DNA of 64,000 nucleotides, from positions 1-64,000 of the IMG/VR virus record IMGVR_UViG_3300049460_000157; one strand, given 5' to 3'. Positions 10,894 through 21,465 of the stretch are shown here, one piece after another. The stretch's first letter is position 1. Every line of letters starts with the position of its first letter. This DNA is from a virus. The notes beneath the pieces were generated by a model. It worked only from the letters and a program-made list of their open reading frames with translations. It searched no databases and was not told the origin of the DNA. A program made the position numbers and the translations under genes.

Positions 10894-13164
10894 TTAAGCA
10901 GGTTGAAACTGCGGTGCTACAGGATTAGCTGCAGGGTTTTGCCCTGCAAAGTTATCTTGCGGAATGTTACCAGGCGAACCGACGCCCGTCATATTTTTTG
11001 AGAGCTGGTTGTACCCCACCGCAGCGGGGATGTCCGGCCTCGACTCGGCACCGTTGGCCAGCTTGCGCTTGGCGAGCAGCGCCTTGGTGACCTCGAGATC
11101 CTGGTTACCCTGTGCCTGGGCTTCCTGCTTCTGCATGTCGCGGGCGTGCTTGGTACCCGTTTCCTGTTCCACGTAGTCGAGGTTGGTCTTGTCGGCCACG
11201 GCGCCGGCAGCTTTCGCCTGAGCTTCGTAGAGGTCGGCCTGAGCCTTGTTCTTGTCGATCTCGGACTGCTTGGCGGCGAGCTCGAGCTGCTGCATCTGCT
11301 GCTGGAACGGGTCCGGCTTCGGCTGGAAGTTCTTGATCGCATGGGCCAGTTCGGGCATGCGTTTGAGGCGGGCGATCTCGGAGAGGATAAGCATCACCAT
11401 GCCCTGGTCACCCTTCGGTCCAAGCGTCTGCAGCATGAACGCCAGATCCTTGGACTTGGCGTCATCGACTTCAGCCGTCGAGATGTCCACTTCCAGATCG
11501 AAGTCGCCCATGAGTTCATCCCGGCGCACCGGCACGAACTGCTCGTTGGTCACCCGGACGACTTCCGTATCCGAGAGGAAGGCGCCATTCATCGAGATGA
11601 TCTTGACGCCGATATCGGTCATGCCCTTGGCGAGGCGCCGAAGGATGGCCATTTCCCGCTTCGAGGCCGCATCGAGGGCGCCCCGGATTCCAGCAGCGAC
11701 ATCACCGTAAGACTCGCCCGAAATGCCTCCGCCAAAGCTCTTCACTCCAGTGAGCGCTTCCGCTTCCTGGTTCTGGAGGTTCAGCATCAAAAGCGCTGAC
11801 TGTGGCAGTTCCGGATACTTGTGCTCGATGAGTCCCTGCTGGATCGGGACGTTGGGGTTGAACTCGTAGTCCTGGCCGTTCTCGTAGCGCCGGCGATTGA
11901 GCGGGTCGAGCATGCCCTTGGCAAAGCCCTGCTGGCCATTGGCGGAGCGGCCCAGCAGATCGATCATGCCGCGGGTAATGGCACCGAGAATCTTCTGGTT
12001 GTCCTCCAGCATCTCGGCATCCGGCTCGCCGTACAGCTCACGCTTGACCGGCAGATACGGCACCACGATGAACGGCAGCTTCTGGTCCGGGAACGGGTTC
12101 TTCTCCATCCGGATCAGCACATCCCCGATCCAGGTGGCGACGATGGGTACCAGCTCCCCATCGTTGTTGATGTCGTATTGCCCCCAGTATTCATAGGCCA
12201 CGACCTTCTTGCGCATCGCATCCCGGAAGGCAAACGATTCGGGCGTCGTAGTCACATGGTCCGGCTGGGAAAGGGGCGCATTGCCTTCCCAGTTCACCCG
12301 GTCCAGGTTCTTGTAGCGCTTGGGATCCTTCTTCAGCTCGGCCTGGTTGGTCTCGAACGAGACGATGCAGAACAGTGCCTTGGAGAAGTCACCGTTGCAG
12401 GACGGGTCCGCAAAGAAGTTGCGCGGATCGAGGATCTCGGCAGTCGGCCGGTTCTCAATCAGCTTCTCGACTTCCACCGTCTGCTTGCCCGTCTGCACAG
12501 CAACCGTGGGCTGCTGGGACTCGTTGTAGTAGTCGACCGCGGCCTGCATTTCAGGCGGCATAGTCGTCTGGTACGTGTTTGGGTCGGTCTGCGAAAGTTC
12601 AAGCGCCTGCTGCAGCGCGGTCAGCTGGTCCTGGCTCTGGATCGGGTAGTGCGACCAGATGGGCACCTGCTGCTTGATCTTCGTGCTCACCCGGCACCAG
12701 CCGAGGCGCACCACACAGGTACCTTCATCGACCGTCGAGCGCACGTAGTCGTCGATGAACTTGATGCGGTTCATCTTCGTGCGGAACTGCCAGTTCAGCA
12801 CCAGCTCGTTCTGCTCGGCCGCCTTGGTGTCTTCCCAGGTCGTGGGCGACACCTTGAACAACTTCGACGTGGAGCCAAGGAAAGGCTCAGTGAGCGCAGA
12901 GTAGCGCCATTCCGCCTGGCGACGGATGAGCTTGGGCTGCACCGAGGAGCGGCCCTTCACTTTCGGAGGCGCGGCCTTGCCCTTGACCTGGGACAGATCA
13001 TTCCAGTGCTGGATCTTCGCAATCTGGGTCTGCTGTGACGGCCGGGCCGCTTCCAGGTCACCCTTCAGTGTCTGGACGGATGGTTCGTTCTCCCAGGTAG
13101 TGAGCTTCTGGGAAAGGTCGGCGCTGCTGGGCAGCACCTGGTCAGACGAGGTGAACTTGGTCAT
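10894..13164 (-). CDS. Portal protein (N4 gp59 family)
   Basis: 756 aa; '[27 protein letters not shown]', '[13 protein letters not shown]'. Confidence 0.93.
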   Translation of the reverse strand: MTKFTSSDQVLPSSADLSQKLTTWENEPSVQTLKGDLEAARPSQQTQIAKIQHWNDLSQVKGKAAPPKVKGRSSVQPKLIRRQAEWRYSALTEPFLGSTSKLFKVSPTTWEDTKAAEQNELVLNWQFRTKMNRIKFIDDYVRSTVDEGTCVVRLGWCRVSTKIKQQVPIWSHYPIQSQDQLTALQQALELSQTDPNTYQTTMPPEMQAAVDYYNESQQPTVAVQTGKQTVEVEKLIENRPTAEILDPRNFFADPSCNGDFSKALFCIVSFETNQAELKKDPKRYKNLDRVNWEGNAPLSQPDHVTTTPESFAFRDAMRKKVVAYEYWGQYDINNDGELVPIVATWIGDVLIRMEKNPFPDQKLPFIVVPYLPVKRELYGEPDAEMLEDNQKILGAITRGMIDLLGRSANGQQGFAKGMLDPLNRRRYENGQDYEFNPNVPIQQGLIEHKYPELPQSALLMLNLQNQEAEALTGVKSFGGGISGESYGDVAAGIRGALDAASKREMAILRRLAKGMTDIGVKIISMNGAFLSDTEVVRVTNEQFVPVRRDELMGDFDLEVDISTAEVDDAKSKDLAFMLQTLGPKGDQGMVMLILSEIARLKRMPELAHAIKNFQPKPDPFQQQMQQLELAAKQSEIDKNKAQADLYEAQAKAAGAVADKTNLDYVEQETGTKHARDMQKQEAQAQGNQDLEVTKALLAKRKLANGAESRPDIPAAVGYNQLSKNMTGVGSPGNIPQDNFAGQNPAANPVAPQFQPA

Positions 13165-13682
13165 TGGGCCGGATCAGTGAGAAGTTGGCGATCTGCGAGT
13201 AGCTGGTTGCCTACCTGCATGAGCTGGTTGTCACGCAACTCAAGAGCACTTCTGAGTTCGCGTACCAGAGATCGGCCCTCTTCAAGAGATCGGTCGAGTT
13301 CGGCCGTATGGCCTGCGAGACGGCTGCACTCAACGGCACCACCTGCGGCCTGACGTTGATAAATTGCGGCGCGGTCGGCACTGAGCTGCAGGCTACGAGC
13401 GTAGTCACTGCGCAAAGCAGCAAGCTCAATCGCATGAGCGTCGCTGGCCGACTGAAGTGCGTCAGCGGCTTTCTGAGAATCCTGGGCATGCTCGTTTTCC
13501 TTTTGACGGTAATCGGCCCGGAGCTTGTCCATGGCCTGATTACGCGCTTCTTTGTCTGCATCCCATTTGGATTGGATCTCGGCCTTGCCATGATCCAGTC
13601 CAGATGAGTAGCACTTCCAGCCTGCTCCACTTAGTACTGCCAGGGGCAATACGCCATACAGCAGGATTTTAGGTAGCAGCAT
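13161..13682 (-). CDS. i-spanin (Rz-like)
   Basis: N-terminal TM then coiled coil; follows endolysin; ATG 13682 has a GGAGAG RBS (alternative start 13700). Confidence 0.8.
   Translation of the reverse strand: MLLPKILLYGVLPLAVLSGAGWKCYSSGLDHGKAEIQSKWDADKEARNQAMDKLRADYRQKENEHAQDSQKAADALQSASDAHAIELAALRSDYARSLQLSADRAAIYQRQAAGGAVECSRLAGHTAELDRSLEEGRSLVRELRSALELRDNQLMQVGNQLLADRQLLTDPAQ
13211..13435 (-). CDS. o-spanin (Rz1-like lipoprotein) embedded in i-spanin
   Basis: [16 protein letters not shown]|SS lipobox, Pro-rich, in an alternative frame fully inside the Rz-like gene. Confidence 0.8.
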   Translation of the reverse strand: MRLSLLLCAVTTLVACSSVPTAPQFINVRPQVVPLSAAVSQAIRPNSTDLLKRADLWYANSEVLLSCVTTSSCR

Positions 13683-14286
13683 TCTGGCTCTCCCCGTCAT
13701 CCTTGCAGCGGCTCAGCGGTACGTTGCCGACCCGGTTGGTGACCCACCCGACCGTGTAGTCACTCAACTTATCTAGCGACATGTAGTACACGGCCTGTTG
13801 CGAATCGAGCAGCTTGATCACCAGCTCACAGGCTTGCACCTTGCCTCTGACACGTTGCAGAGCCTTGTAGGCAGTGATCGTTGCGGGGCCAACTTTACCA
13901 TCAACTAATGTTGAGGGGAAGTCTCTCCCACCTCGACTCAGGCTATTCAGCGCTTTCTGGAGCCAAAGGGAAGGACGAGCCGGGCCAGCGTTCACTGCAC
14001 TGTCCACCAGTTCCTGTGCAACAGCCGGTGAGAGAGCCAGGAACGGTTCATACCCCGGCTTCTGGATGTAGTCCTCGAAATAGATCGAAGTCGCCAGATC
14101 CTCACTCAGACTTTTCATGGGTCCGGTGTAGCCGTGGGACACTGCCACTGTCTTTGTGATGCCGTGGTTGGTCTCGCCGCCTGGGTCATGCGGATCATTG
14201 ACATAGCCACCCTCGACCGCTACCACAGCCGAGATGATCGCCGCCGCAATGCCGCCGATCCCAACGTGCTTTCTAGTGATCGCCAT
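13669..14286 (-). CDS. Endolysin, glycoside hydrolase family 108 with N-terminal signal-anchor (SAR-like)
   Basis: 'EGGYVNDPHDPGGETNHGIT' GH108 motif after a Gly/Ala-rich hydrophobic N-terminus; 'VDGKVGPAT' PG-binding motif. Confidence 0.9.
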   Translation of the reverse strand: MAITRKHVGIGGIAAAIISAVVAVEGGYVNDPHDPGGETNHGITKTVAVSHGYTGPMKSLSEDLATSIYFEDYIQKPGYEPFLALSPAVAQELVDSAVNAGPARPSLWLQKALNSLSRGGRDFPSTLVDGKVGPATITAYKALQRVRGKVQACELVIKLLDSQQAVYYMSLDKLSDYTVGWVTNRVGNVPLSRCKDDGESQNAAT

Positions 14287-14530
14287 TGGATTCCTCCAGT
14301 TCGTCATGCGCCCAGATGAGGATCCGGCCGAGCATCGTCGCTCCGAAGAGGAACATGCCGACTGCGGCCGCATAGGGAACATGACCTTTTGCCTGGTGGC
14401 CGAGGCTTTCCCAGATCTCTGCTAGCAGATCCAGCAGAGATGTGACAAAACCCAGGGCACTCCACCACATTGACGCCCAGGTATGGGCACTTCGCCAGTT
14501 CGGGACCAGCGTTAACTTTTTGTCAGCCAC
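14273..14530 (-). CDS. Holin (two TM segments)
   Basis: GTG start; 'LVPNWRSAHTWASMW' plus 2 hydrophobic helices; directly upstream of endolysin. Confidence 0.7.
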   Translation of the reverse strand: MADKKLTLVPNWRSAHTWASMWWSALGFVTSLLDLLAEIWESLGHQAKGHVPYAAAVGMFLFGATMLGRILIWAHDELEESNGDH

Positions 14531-14847
14531 CTGAAGATCTCCGTTCGCATTGAGCAGAACAGGCCCACCAGGGCGGCCAGAATGACCCAGGTCCAACGGC
14601 CAGCAATGCCTGCCCCAACGACCTTGTGCTTGATGGTGATGAACTCCTCGATCGTCGGCGCCTGCTGCCTGAGCGACTCCTCCACCGTTTTCATCCGGCC
14701 ATCCATCGAGGTGAGTAGCTGGGACTGCTCTTCTGCTTTTTCGTACTGCCCTTTACGCGCAACCTTGGCGTCCTCCAGTTCTTTCTGGATGAAACCAAAC
14801 TGCGTCACGAGGACGGCCAGTTGCACTTCAATCGAATCATTCGGCAT
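14512..14847 (-). CDS. N4 gp63-like membrane protein (lysis regulator/holin-associated)
   Basis: 111 aa; coiled coil, 'PTIEEFITIKHKVVGAG', C-terminal TM. Confidence 0.7.
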   Translation of the reverse strand: MPNDSIEVQLAVLVTQFGFIQKELEDAKVARKGQYEKAEEQSQLLTSMDGRMKTVEESLRQQAPTIEEFITIKHKVVGAGIAGRWTWVILAALVGLFCSMRTEIFRWLTKS

Positions 14848-14878
14848 GTGAGTCGGCCCTATTTGCTGGCTGTAAACG

Positions 14879-14920
14879 AAAAAGGGGCAACAGAAGACGG
14901 GTGTCTATCTGTTGCCCCTT
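14879..14920 (-). terminator. Intrinsic terminator downstream of tail fibre
   Basis: aaggggcaacaga / tctgttgcccctt 13-bp inverted repeat with A-run. Confidence 0.65.
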
Positions 14921-15018
14921 GGTGAGCCTCAAACAGGTCTCACTGGGTCACGGAAGTTACCAGGATGATACGTGAATGCAGGCTACTCCTCCAGATTTAG
15001 TCTGGGGAATTGTTGCTT

Positions 15019-16773
15019 CTATGTCCCTCCCAGTGCAGCGATCTGCACCTTCATCGCAGCAATGTCGGCCAGCGCTTCCTGGAGTGCTGCACCAAGCAGA
15101 GGAACCAGCTTGGAGTAGTCGACCGACTGTGGAGCAATGGCCTGATCTACCGACACGATATCGCCCGGCTGCACGTTCTCCGGGTCATACCCTTCCCGGT
15201 AGACCGGGTAGAAGTCGCCCATCGCATCCTTCTCGCCCGTCACTGCAAACGGCAGCACCGCCTGCAGCTCATGGGCGATCACGTAATGCTCACGGGTACC
15301 CGGCTGCGAGACGTACTCCCCATCGTAAAACGGGATGCTAGCGAGTGTCGTCCCTGCATTGGCGATCGGCACGTAGTTCTGCTTGAGCCGGTAGTCGGAG
15401 GTCGTGTTGTACGAAGTCGATGTCCCGTTGCTCGTGCTGATCGTCCCGATCGCACCGGTACCGAAGAAGAACGCAGCGAAGGGCGTGGCGGCCACATCGA
15501 CACGGGCAAGAAGGCATCCACCGCTTGCCTGGTACGCAGCGTAAGCGCTCAGCGCCCACGTATTGCCCACCACACTGGTACGGCCCGAGATCACACCCGA
15601 GGACCATGCCGCCGTCTCGTTAACGTGGAAACCGCCCGAGGTGTCGAACCGCCCACGCTCGGCGCCATTGGCCGAGAAGGTCAGCGCATTCGCCGCGGCG
15701 CTGAGTGCGAGCACACCGGTACCGGCCACCGCATTGGTCGTCACGCCACCCGTTGCCGTGACCGCTCCGGACGCCGTCAGTGCGGCACACCCGACTGCGC
15801 CGGCGAACGATGCACTGGGAGCACTGAACACACCGGCCGCCGAGATACTCGCCTGACCGGTCGTGCCGAAGGTGGAGACTCCCGTGAAGGCGTTGTTCCC
15901 TGCGATCGTCTTCCCACCTGTCAGCGGCAGGTACCCGGCCGGGTCGAAGTTGCCTGAGTCCCATGGCGTGTTGCCATTGAACGCCGGCCGCACCGTAAAG
16001 GTCTGCTGCAGTGCCCAGGTATTGGCCGCGTTCATCAGTGGAACAGCTGCACCACTGGTTCCCGTGTTCTGGGTCGCTGCGCTGCCCAGACCCAGGTTCG
16101 TGCGTGCCTGGGGTGCAGCTGTGGCGCCCGTCCCACCCTGGGCAATCCCGACCGGCAGGTTCAGCGATGCCACGTACTGCTGGGCGAGGATCGCGTAGTA
16201 GCGGGCCGAGTAGTTGGTGGCGTCCACCGGATTGACAAGCTGCGCCGCCCACTGGCTGGCGAGTACAGCCGAAGCCGCAGCATTGTCTGCCTGGGTACCG
16301 GCCTGTGCATTGGCCTGGTCAGCGCCCGACTTCGCCGTATCGGCGCCGGTCTTCGAGAGCGCCGCCGCAGCTGCACTATCCGCTGCTGCCTGCTGGGAAG
16401 TCGCCGCTGCCAGGGCCGACGCGTCTGCTGCACCCTCGGAACCGGAAGCCGAAGCGGCAGCGGCCTCTGCAAGATCATGGGCTGCATTGGCCGTCACGTT
16501 GGCCTGTGCCGCATAGGATTCAGCGCTGTCGGCCGTTTCCACGGCCTGGTTGATCTTGCCCAGTGCCTGGGTTGAAGTCGAGTTGGCGGCCGCCGCATTC
16601 GAGACGGCCGAGGCCAGCTGTGAGAGCTGGGTCGAGTTCAGGTAGCCGGTGTCTCCCTTGTCGCCCTTGTCACCTTTATCCCCTTTGTAGAAAGGCATAA
16701 AGGTGACATCGAGCGTCTGTCCGGTCACACCAACAAGCTGGATATTCAGTTCAATTGCCGGAGTCAGGCTCAT
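15019..16773 (-). CDS. Tail fibre with C-terminal intramolecular chaperone (peptidase S74-like)
   Basis: 584 aa; KGD collagen-like repeat, Ala-rich stalk, 'GGTGATAAPQARTNLGLG', 'TTSDYRLKQN' autocleavage motif, 'VDYSKLVPLL'. Confidence 0.85.
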   Translation of the reverse strand: MSLTPAIELNIQLVGVTGQTLDVTFMPFYKGDKGDKGDKGDTGYLNSTQLSQLASAVSNAAAANSTSTQALGKINQAVETADSAESYAAQANVTANAAHDLAEAAAASASGSEGAADASALAAATSQQAAADSAAAAALSKTGADTAKSGADQANAQAGTQADNAAASAVLASQWAAQLVNPVDATNYSARYYAILAQQYVASLNLPVGIAQGGTGATAAPQARTNLGLGSAATQNTGTSGAAVPLMNAANTWALQQTFTVRPAFNGNTPWDSGNFDPAGYLPLTGGKTIAGNNAFTGVSTFGTTGQASISAAGVFSAPSASFAGAVGCAALTASGAVTATGGVTTNAVAGTGVLALSAAANALTFSANGAERGRFDTSGGFHVNETAAWSSGVISGRTSVVGNTWALSAYAAYQASGGCLLARVDVAATPFAAFFFGTGAIGTISTSNGTSTSYNTTSDYRLKQNYVPIANAGTTLASIPFYDGEYVSQPGTREHYVIAHELQAVLPFAVTGEKDAMGDFYPVYREGYDPENVQPGDIVSVDQAIAPQSVDYSKLVPLLGAALQEALADIAAMKVQIAALGGT

Positions 16774-17081
16774 TGGGTCACCTGTGCAAGGACATTGATT
16801 TCCTCAGTGCGCGAGAGGATGACGTTGCCGGCCCCGTCGACCAGCCGCAGGTCGAGGATGTGCGGCATCAGTTTCCACCGGGCGGTCTGTTGCGCAGTGG
16901 CGGAGATCCGCACGACCGCGGTCGGAGCATCGACGATCTGGGTCGTCAAGGCCTGAACCAGGGAAAAACCAGTCCGGCTACGCAGATCGGCACGCAGGCT
17001 GTATCCGCCGAGCGGGTAAGGCACAGTCCCGTTCATCAGCTGGCCGCTGAAGTCAAAGGTCTGGCCGCGTTTGAAATCCAT
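16770..17081 (-). CDS. Small tail-fibre adaptor-like protein
   Basis: 103 aa beta-rich, 'FKRGQTFDF'; overlaps tail fibre start. Confidence 0.55.
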   Translation of the reverse strand: MDFKRGQTFDFSGQLMNGTVPYPLGGYSLRADLRSRTGFSLVQALTTQIVDAPTAVVRISATAQQTARWKLMPHILDLRLVDGAGNVILSRTEEINVLAQVTQ

Positions 17082-17092
17082 ATTGGCCTCTT

Positions 17093-17119
17093 GGAAAAAA
17101 GCCCCCTGTCACGGGGGCC
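17093..17119 (-). terminator. Intrinsic terminator
   Basis: gccccc-tgtcac-gggggc with A6 on + strand. Confidence 0.6.
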
Positions 17120-17124
17120 GATGA

Positions 17125-17280
17125 TTACGAAGGCGTACCGGCAGGTTCCTGTGCCACCGGGACTTCGGGATCCAGCACAGTGCGGCTGGAGTGGTTGTTC
17201 AGATGCGGATTGACTGCCTCGAACTCGACGAACGTGGATACCTTCCAGTCCGAGGTCACAACCGGTTTGATGTCTGCCAT
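17125..17280 (-). CDS. Hypothetical 51-aa protein
   Basis: MADIKPVVTSDWK...GTPS*; AGGA RBS; below the ORF-track cutoff. Confidence 0.5.
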   Translation of the reverse strand: MADIKPVVTSDWKVSTFVEFEAVNPHLNNHSSRTVLDPEVPVAQEPAGTPS

Positions 17281-17335
17281 ATGGGTTTCCTGGTTCAGAC
17301 CGGACCACCCGAAGGCGGCCCGGCTTGCTGTGTGG

Positions 17336-19180
17336 TTACGTCCCCCAGCCGTTGAATGGATGTCCCTGGTCAGTGAAGCCGATCAGTGACGGGTGGGTTG
17401 GAATCGCCTCGTTGTCGTACGTGCCGTACAACATGAAGGTGTTCTTGCGGATCTTGTCCGAGGCGGACTCATTCACGAACGTGCTCAGCACCGAGCACGC
17501 AGTGAACAGGATGCCGCTCGGAAAGCCGGGGTTGCCGACTGCGTTGAAGTACAGCGCAAAACAGCCCGGCTTGCCCACACCATTCACGTTGTCACCCACG
17601 AAGTGGCAGCGGTTGAAGTTGATGGAGTCCACAAACTTCAGCATGCCGGCGTACGCATTCGATGCACTGGACGTGTCGAAGCGGCAGTCATTGAACGAGG
17701 TGATCCACGTATCGTTCGACACTGCGTACACACCATCCATCAGCAGACCGATGTTGCCATCCACGTTGGACGTGAAGTTGCACTCATTGAACACGTTGTG
17801 CGTGTTGTAGTTGCCGGTCGGAGCCGCCCCACCCTGGATGTTCAGGCCGATGGTCTTGTAGAAGCTGGCCGTCACGTTCTTCACCGTGCAGAAGCCGAAC
17901 GAGTTCATCGAGAGCGCGGTGCTGGCGAGCGGACTATTCACACCGTGACAGTAGATCTGGAACCCTTCCAGACGTACGGAAGCAATCGGACCGAGTACAT
18001 TGACCATCGAGTTGATGTACGGCGCGCCCTGCCCACCATCGAGTGCCACCAGCATCGTGGGTACCGGTGCATAGAAGCTGCCCCCGCCACCCATGCCGAT
18101 CAGCTGGATGCCGTTCTTGGTGGACGGTGTGCCGGCGTTGTCCCCGTTGCCGATAACGACCCCGCTCGCACCACCGATGCCGTAGCGCTTGCCCATCATG
18201 CGAACCTTGCCACCACCAGCCGGCAGGGCAGCGATCGCCGCATTGATCGCCGGCAGGTCGTTGGTCACGCCATCGCCCTTGGCACCGAACTGTTCAACGA
18301 ACCAGTCCGGCCAGCCAACCAGCTCCCAGCAGCCGACGCCGCCCGCCGCGGTGACGATCGACCCGTTGTTCGCCAGACCCTGGGCGCGTGTCGCGTTGTA
18401 GTAGTAGTGGCCGCCACCGCCGTCGTTCACACCGTAGTAGCCCGTGACAAACACGTTCTGGAAGAACGTCGGGCTCAGTGTCTTGAGCGAGGCAATCGAG
18501 TTCACCACCCGGCTCAGACCGGTCTTGATGAGGGTACCGAGGTTGGTACCGTCAGCGAGACCGACCATGCCAGCACCGCCGACACCGGAGAAACTCGCCA
18601 CCAGTGCAGCATTCAGCGCCTCGGTAGCGGCCGCAATCGAGTCGTAGACGGACTCATTCAGGCCAGCCAGTGCCGCATTGACCCGGCTGTTCAGGTCACC
18701 GATCGCAGCGTTGGGCGCCGAGTTGACTGCTGCCAGGTCGATCCAGCCGGTATCCAGCTTGCCATCGACACCCGACTGCGGAACCTTGCTGGCAGTCGGT
18801 GTCTCGGTGATAAGCGTCAGGATATCGGGGATCGCCCAGAGCGTTGCCCAGTCAGTGTCACCGACATAGCGCCACTGCAGGTTGTTGTCGACCACCTGGA
18901 ACTCCGGCGTCTTGCCGTCGAGCACACTGATGGCGAACAGGTTCTTCCATTCAGCCTCGCCAACATAGCGCCACTGAACATAGCCGCCGGCTTCCTGGAG
19001 CTCGACATTGTTCGGCTGGAGACTGGCCAGGTTCTCCGCCAGATAAACGATCTGGTCAAGGTTCTGGGCGACGGCCGCCACATTCCGGTAGGCCGTACCC
19101 AGCATCTTGTCGACGATGGGGGCGCCACCCCCACCACACAAATCCAGCGCATTGCGCATGCTCATATCAGATCCATCCAT
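17336..19180 (-). CDS. Tailspike / polysaccharide depolymerase (pectate-lyase-3-like beta-helix)
   Basis: 614 aa; two 'QWRYVG' N-terminal repeats, 'TGYYGVNDGGGG', 'FGAKGDGVTNDLPAINAAI', then Asn/Gly beta-helix. Confidence 0.85.
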   Translation of the reverse strand: MDGSDMSMRNALDLCGGGGAPIVDKMLGTAYRNVAAVAQNLDQIVYLAENLASLQPNNVELQEAGGYVQWRYVGEAEWKNLFAISVLDGKTPEFQVVDNNLQWRYVGDTDWATLWAIPDILTLITETPTASKVPQSGVDGKLDTGWIDLAAVNSAPNAAIGDLNSRVNAALAGLNESVYDSIAAATEALNAALVASFSGVGGAGMVGLADGTNLGTLIKTGLSRVVNSIASLKTLSPTFFQNVFVTGYYGVNDGGGGHYYYNATRAQGLANNGSIVTAAGGVGCWELVGWPDWFVEQFGAKGDGVTNDLPAINAAIAALPAGGGKVRMMGKRYGIGGASGVVIGNGDNAGTPSTKNGIQLIGMGGGGSFYAPVPTMLVALDGGQGAPYINSMVNVLGPIASVRLEGFQIYCHGVNSPLASTALSMNSFGFCTVKNVTASFYKTIGLNIQGGAAPTGNYNTHNVFNECNFTSNVDGNIGLLMDGVYAVSNDTWITSFNDCRFDTSSASNAYAGMLKFVDSINFNRCHFVGDNVNGVGKPGCFALYFNAVGNPGFPSGILFTACSVLSTFVNESASDKIRKNTFMLYGTYDNEAIPTHPSLIGFTDQGHPFNGWGT

Positions 19181-19868
19181 TTTTTTCGAAACGTTTGCCT
19201 GTGGTTGAGATACTGGTACTCACCAGATCCTGTTGAATAACTTCGGCACAGATGTTCTCGAAGGCAGTCTCGTGCGTACCTGCAATGCCCATTGACTCTT
19301 GCGTGTTCATCTGTCCAAAGGTTCTGGCTGCGATCCATGCCCGGAGGGCAGGAACGAGTACATCCGGCAGCTCGATCTCCTGGGTGAGGTCATCGAGGAT
19401 GAGCTGGGGATGCTTTGCCTGATACATGACGCTCAGGGCAACGCCCGTCTTCGGACGGGGCACCTGCAGCACATTGCCCTGCGTGAAAACGGAGTGCGGG
19501 TTGTCGTCGTCATTCAGCGGCAACAGCACGCCGTAGCTGTTGAAGACATTGAGGATGCGGATCGCGTCTTCCTCGAATGGCTCGAGCGGCAGATCCCGGA
19601 TGTAGAGGACCGTCTGCGTCGAGGTATCCGCCTGCGACTGGGCGAACTTCTTCAGCAGGTGGTAACTGGTGATCCAGTCCACCAGATCGATGAGGACATC
19701 GTTCTGCTTCAGGATGAAACGGGTGTAGAGCTTGAGCAGCCCGTCATTGGCAAAACGGATCACCCGCTCCTTGCCGGCGTCCGTAATGGTGCCGTCTCCG
19801 TCATTGGCGAGGGCGAGGCTCGACAACTCTCCGAAGGAGAGGTCAGTAAACAGCTGTTCGATATTCAT
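19167..19868 (-). CDS. Head-tail adaptor (N4 gp67-like)
   Basis: 233 aa; 'LSFGELS', 'YQAKHP', 'RFEKNGWI'; downstream of terminase. Confidence 0.8.
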   Translation of the reverse strand: MNIEQLFTDLSFGELSSLALANDGDGTITDAGKERVIRFANDGLLKLYTRFILKQNDVLIDLVDWITSYHLLKKFAQSQADTSTQTVLYIRDLPLEPFEEDAIRILNVFNSYGVLLPLNDDDNPHSVFTQGNVLQVPRPKTGVALSVMYQAKHPQLILDDLTQEIELPDVLVPALRAWIAARTFGQMNTQESMGIAGTHETAFENICAEVIQQDLVSTSISTTGKRFEKNGWI

Positions 19869-19875
19869 CTCAACC

Positions 19876-21465
19876 TCACACGATGTAGGAAGACAGTCCG
19901 CTTGGGTCTGACTCCCGATGCTCTTCCTCGTAGATCTGAACTTCAGACGGCGTAGCAGGGGCGCTGTCGCTGGGGCGCCAGGGCTTGAGGAATCCGAGCA
20001 TCGAGATGGTGTCGATGAAGTCGTCCTTGCCTTTGATGCCCGACGATGTGACCAGCTTGATCTGGCCCATTGCGATGCCCATGATGACGCTGTGCTTCAT
20101 CTCATCCGGGAAGTAGAACTTACCGGCCTTGAACCAAGGAACTACAAGATTGAAGCGGGAGAGCTTGTCGGTGATTGGGCGTATACCAGGGGTTCCACTC
20201 TTCTCCGACGACGCGAAGTTGAACCAGACATTCCGGTTCATCATCTCGGTCTGGAGCCAGGAAATGAAGCCACCCTGCTGTCCCGTGATCTCGATGCCTA
20301 CCTGCTGGGGTTTATATAGTTGTACCAGGCGAAACAGGTCGTTGACTGTCTTGTCCATCTTCTGACGTTCACAGATACCGTCAACCCAGAACCAGTCGCC
20401 ATTGGAATTGTAAGCCCAAACACTGATGACAGAGTAGTCAGCTGTCTGTTTTTCGGACGTTGCGAAGTCTGTGGTGATATAGAAATTAAAACTGTTGCGG
20501 TTCTCCAAAAGATTGGTCCGCTTGTACCACCGGATCTCGTCGTCCTGGACCAGTCGTTCTTCCTCCGAACTGATACGCAGCATCAGTTCCTGCATGAATC
20601 CGGAGACTTTCCCGGTCAGCACCGCCATGTCGTACTGCTCTTTGACGTACTTGTAGCTGAAGCGATCCTCCCAGGCGCCGACGAAATCCGCCTCCTCGCA
20701 CGGGAAACGCTCGCAGACCGGCCACACGTTCACGTCCCAGGCGCCCGATTCGACTGCCTCGATCAGGATGTCTTCCTTGTTGAACGGCGTGCCGTTGAAG
20801 ACGACCTTGCGGCGTGTCGGATCCAGTGCGTGATTCACACCCTTGTAGACCGTGTCCTTGATGGCGACCATCGCCGCCTTGGACTTCGAGTCGTCATCAC
20901 TCACCAGGTCATCGAGCACCGCCACGACCGGCCGCTTGCCGAAGATCTTCGTCCCACGCAGGCCCGTCTTCGCACCGAACATCTTGATGCCGATGCGGTG
21001 CCCTTCCCGGTTCTGGAACTCTATGTAGTTGTCCGTGAAGGAGGCGTGCGGAATCCACTCCTGCAGGAACTCAGAGTTGTTGTACCGGAACTCAATGTTC
21101 TTTCGGGCAGACTTAACGCCGTTGTCCATTGAGTCAGATACATAGATCATCCCCTCAACCTTACCGAAGCCTGGGATGTATCCGAACATACCGAGGAACA
21201 GTGAAAAATACTCCATGAACAAAGTAGTTTTCGCTGCACCCCGGAAGCAGAGGTTCGCAATATAGTCAGACTTCGATTCAACCACCTTGTCGAGCATCTT
21301 CAGATGCACTGGTGGGGTCTTGTGGGATTCGCCCTGCTCTCCATTCGCCAACTTGATAAAGTTCATGAAGGTCAGGGCAAACACACTTGGCGTGTAACTC
21401 GGTGCATTCAGGTCTTTGTAACTGACCTGATCGAGCCACGCATCCAGCTCCTGTTTGATGAGCAT
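19876..21465 (-). CDS. terL: Terminase large subunit (N4 gp68 family)
   Basis: 529 aa; 'CFRGAAKTT' Walker A, 'VLDDL' Walker B, 'TTDFA...ADYS', 'DDFIDTISML' nuclease motifs. Confidence 0.93.
   Translation of the reverse strand: MLIKQELDAWLDQVSYKDLNAPSYTPSVFALTFMNFIKLANGEQGESHKTPPVHLKMLDKVVESKSDYIANLCFRGAAKTTLFMEYFSLFLGMFGYIPGFGKVEGMIYVSDSMDNGVKSARKNIEFRYNNSEFLQEWIPHASFTDNYIEFQNREGHRIGIKMFGAKTGLRGTKIFGKRPVVAVLDDLVSDDDSKSKAAMVAIKDTVYKGVNHALDPTRRKVVFNGTPFNKEDILIEAVESGAWDVNVWPVCERFPCEEADFVGAWEDRFSYKYVKEQYDMAVLTGKVSGFMQELMLRISSEEERLVQDDEIRWYKRTNLLENRNSFNFYITTDFATSEKQTADYSVISVWAYNSNGDWFWVDGICERQKMDKTVNDLFRLVQLYKPQQVGIEITGQQGGFISWLQTEMMNRNVWFNFASSEKSGTPGIRPITDKLSRFNLVVPWFKAGKFYFPDEMKHSVIMGIAMGQIKLVTSSGIKGKDDFIDTISMLGFLKPWRPSDSAPATPSEVQIYEEEHRESDPSGLSSYIV

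Noticed and set aside
17393-19240. Long antisense ORFs (615 aa here; also 1345-2823, 7926-9275, 11821-13038, 40277-41455, 59801-60964)
   Set aside because: Shadow frames of high-GC3 genes on the opposite strand; no RBS or recognisable motifs.
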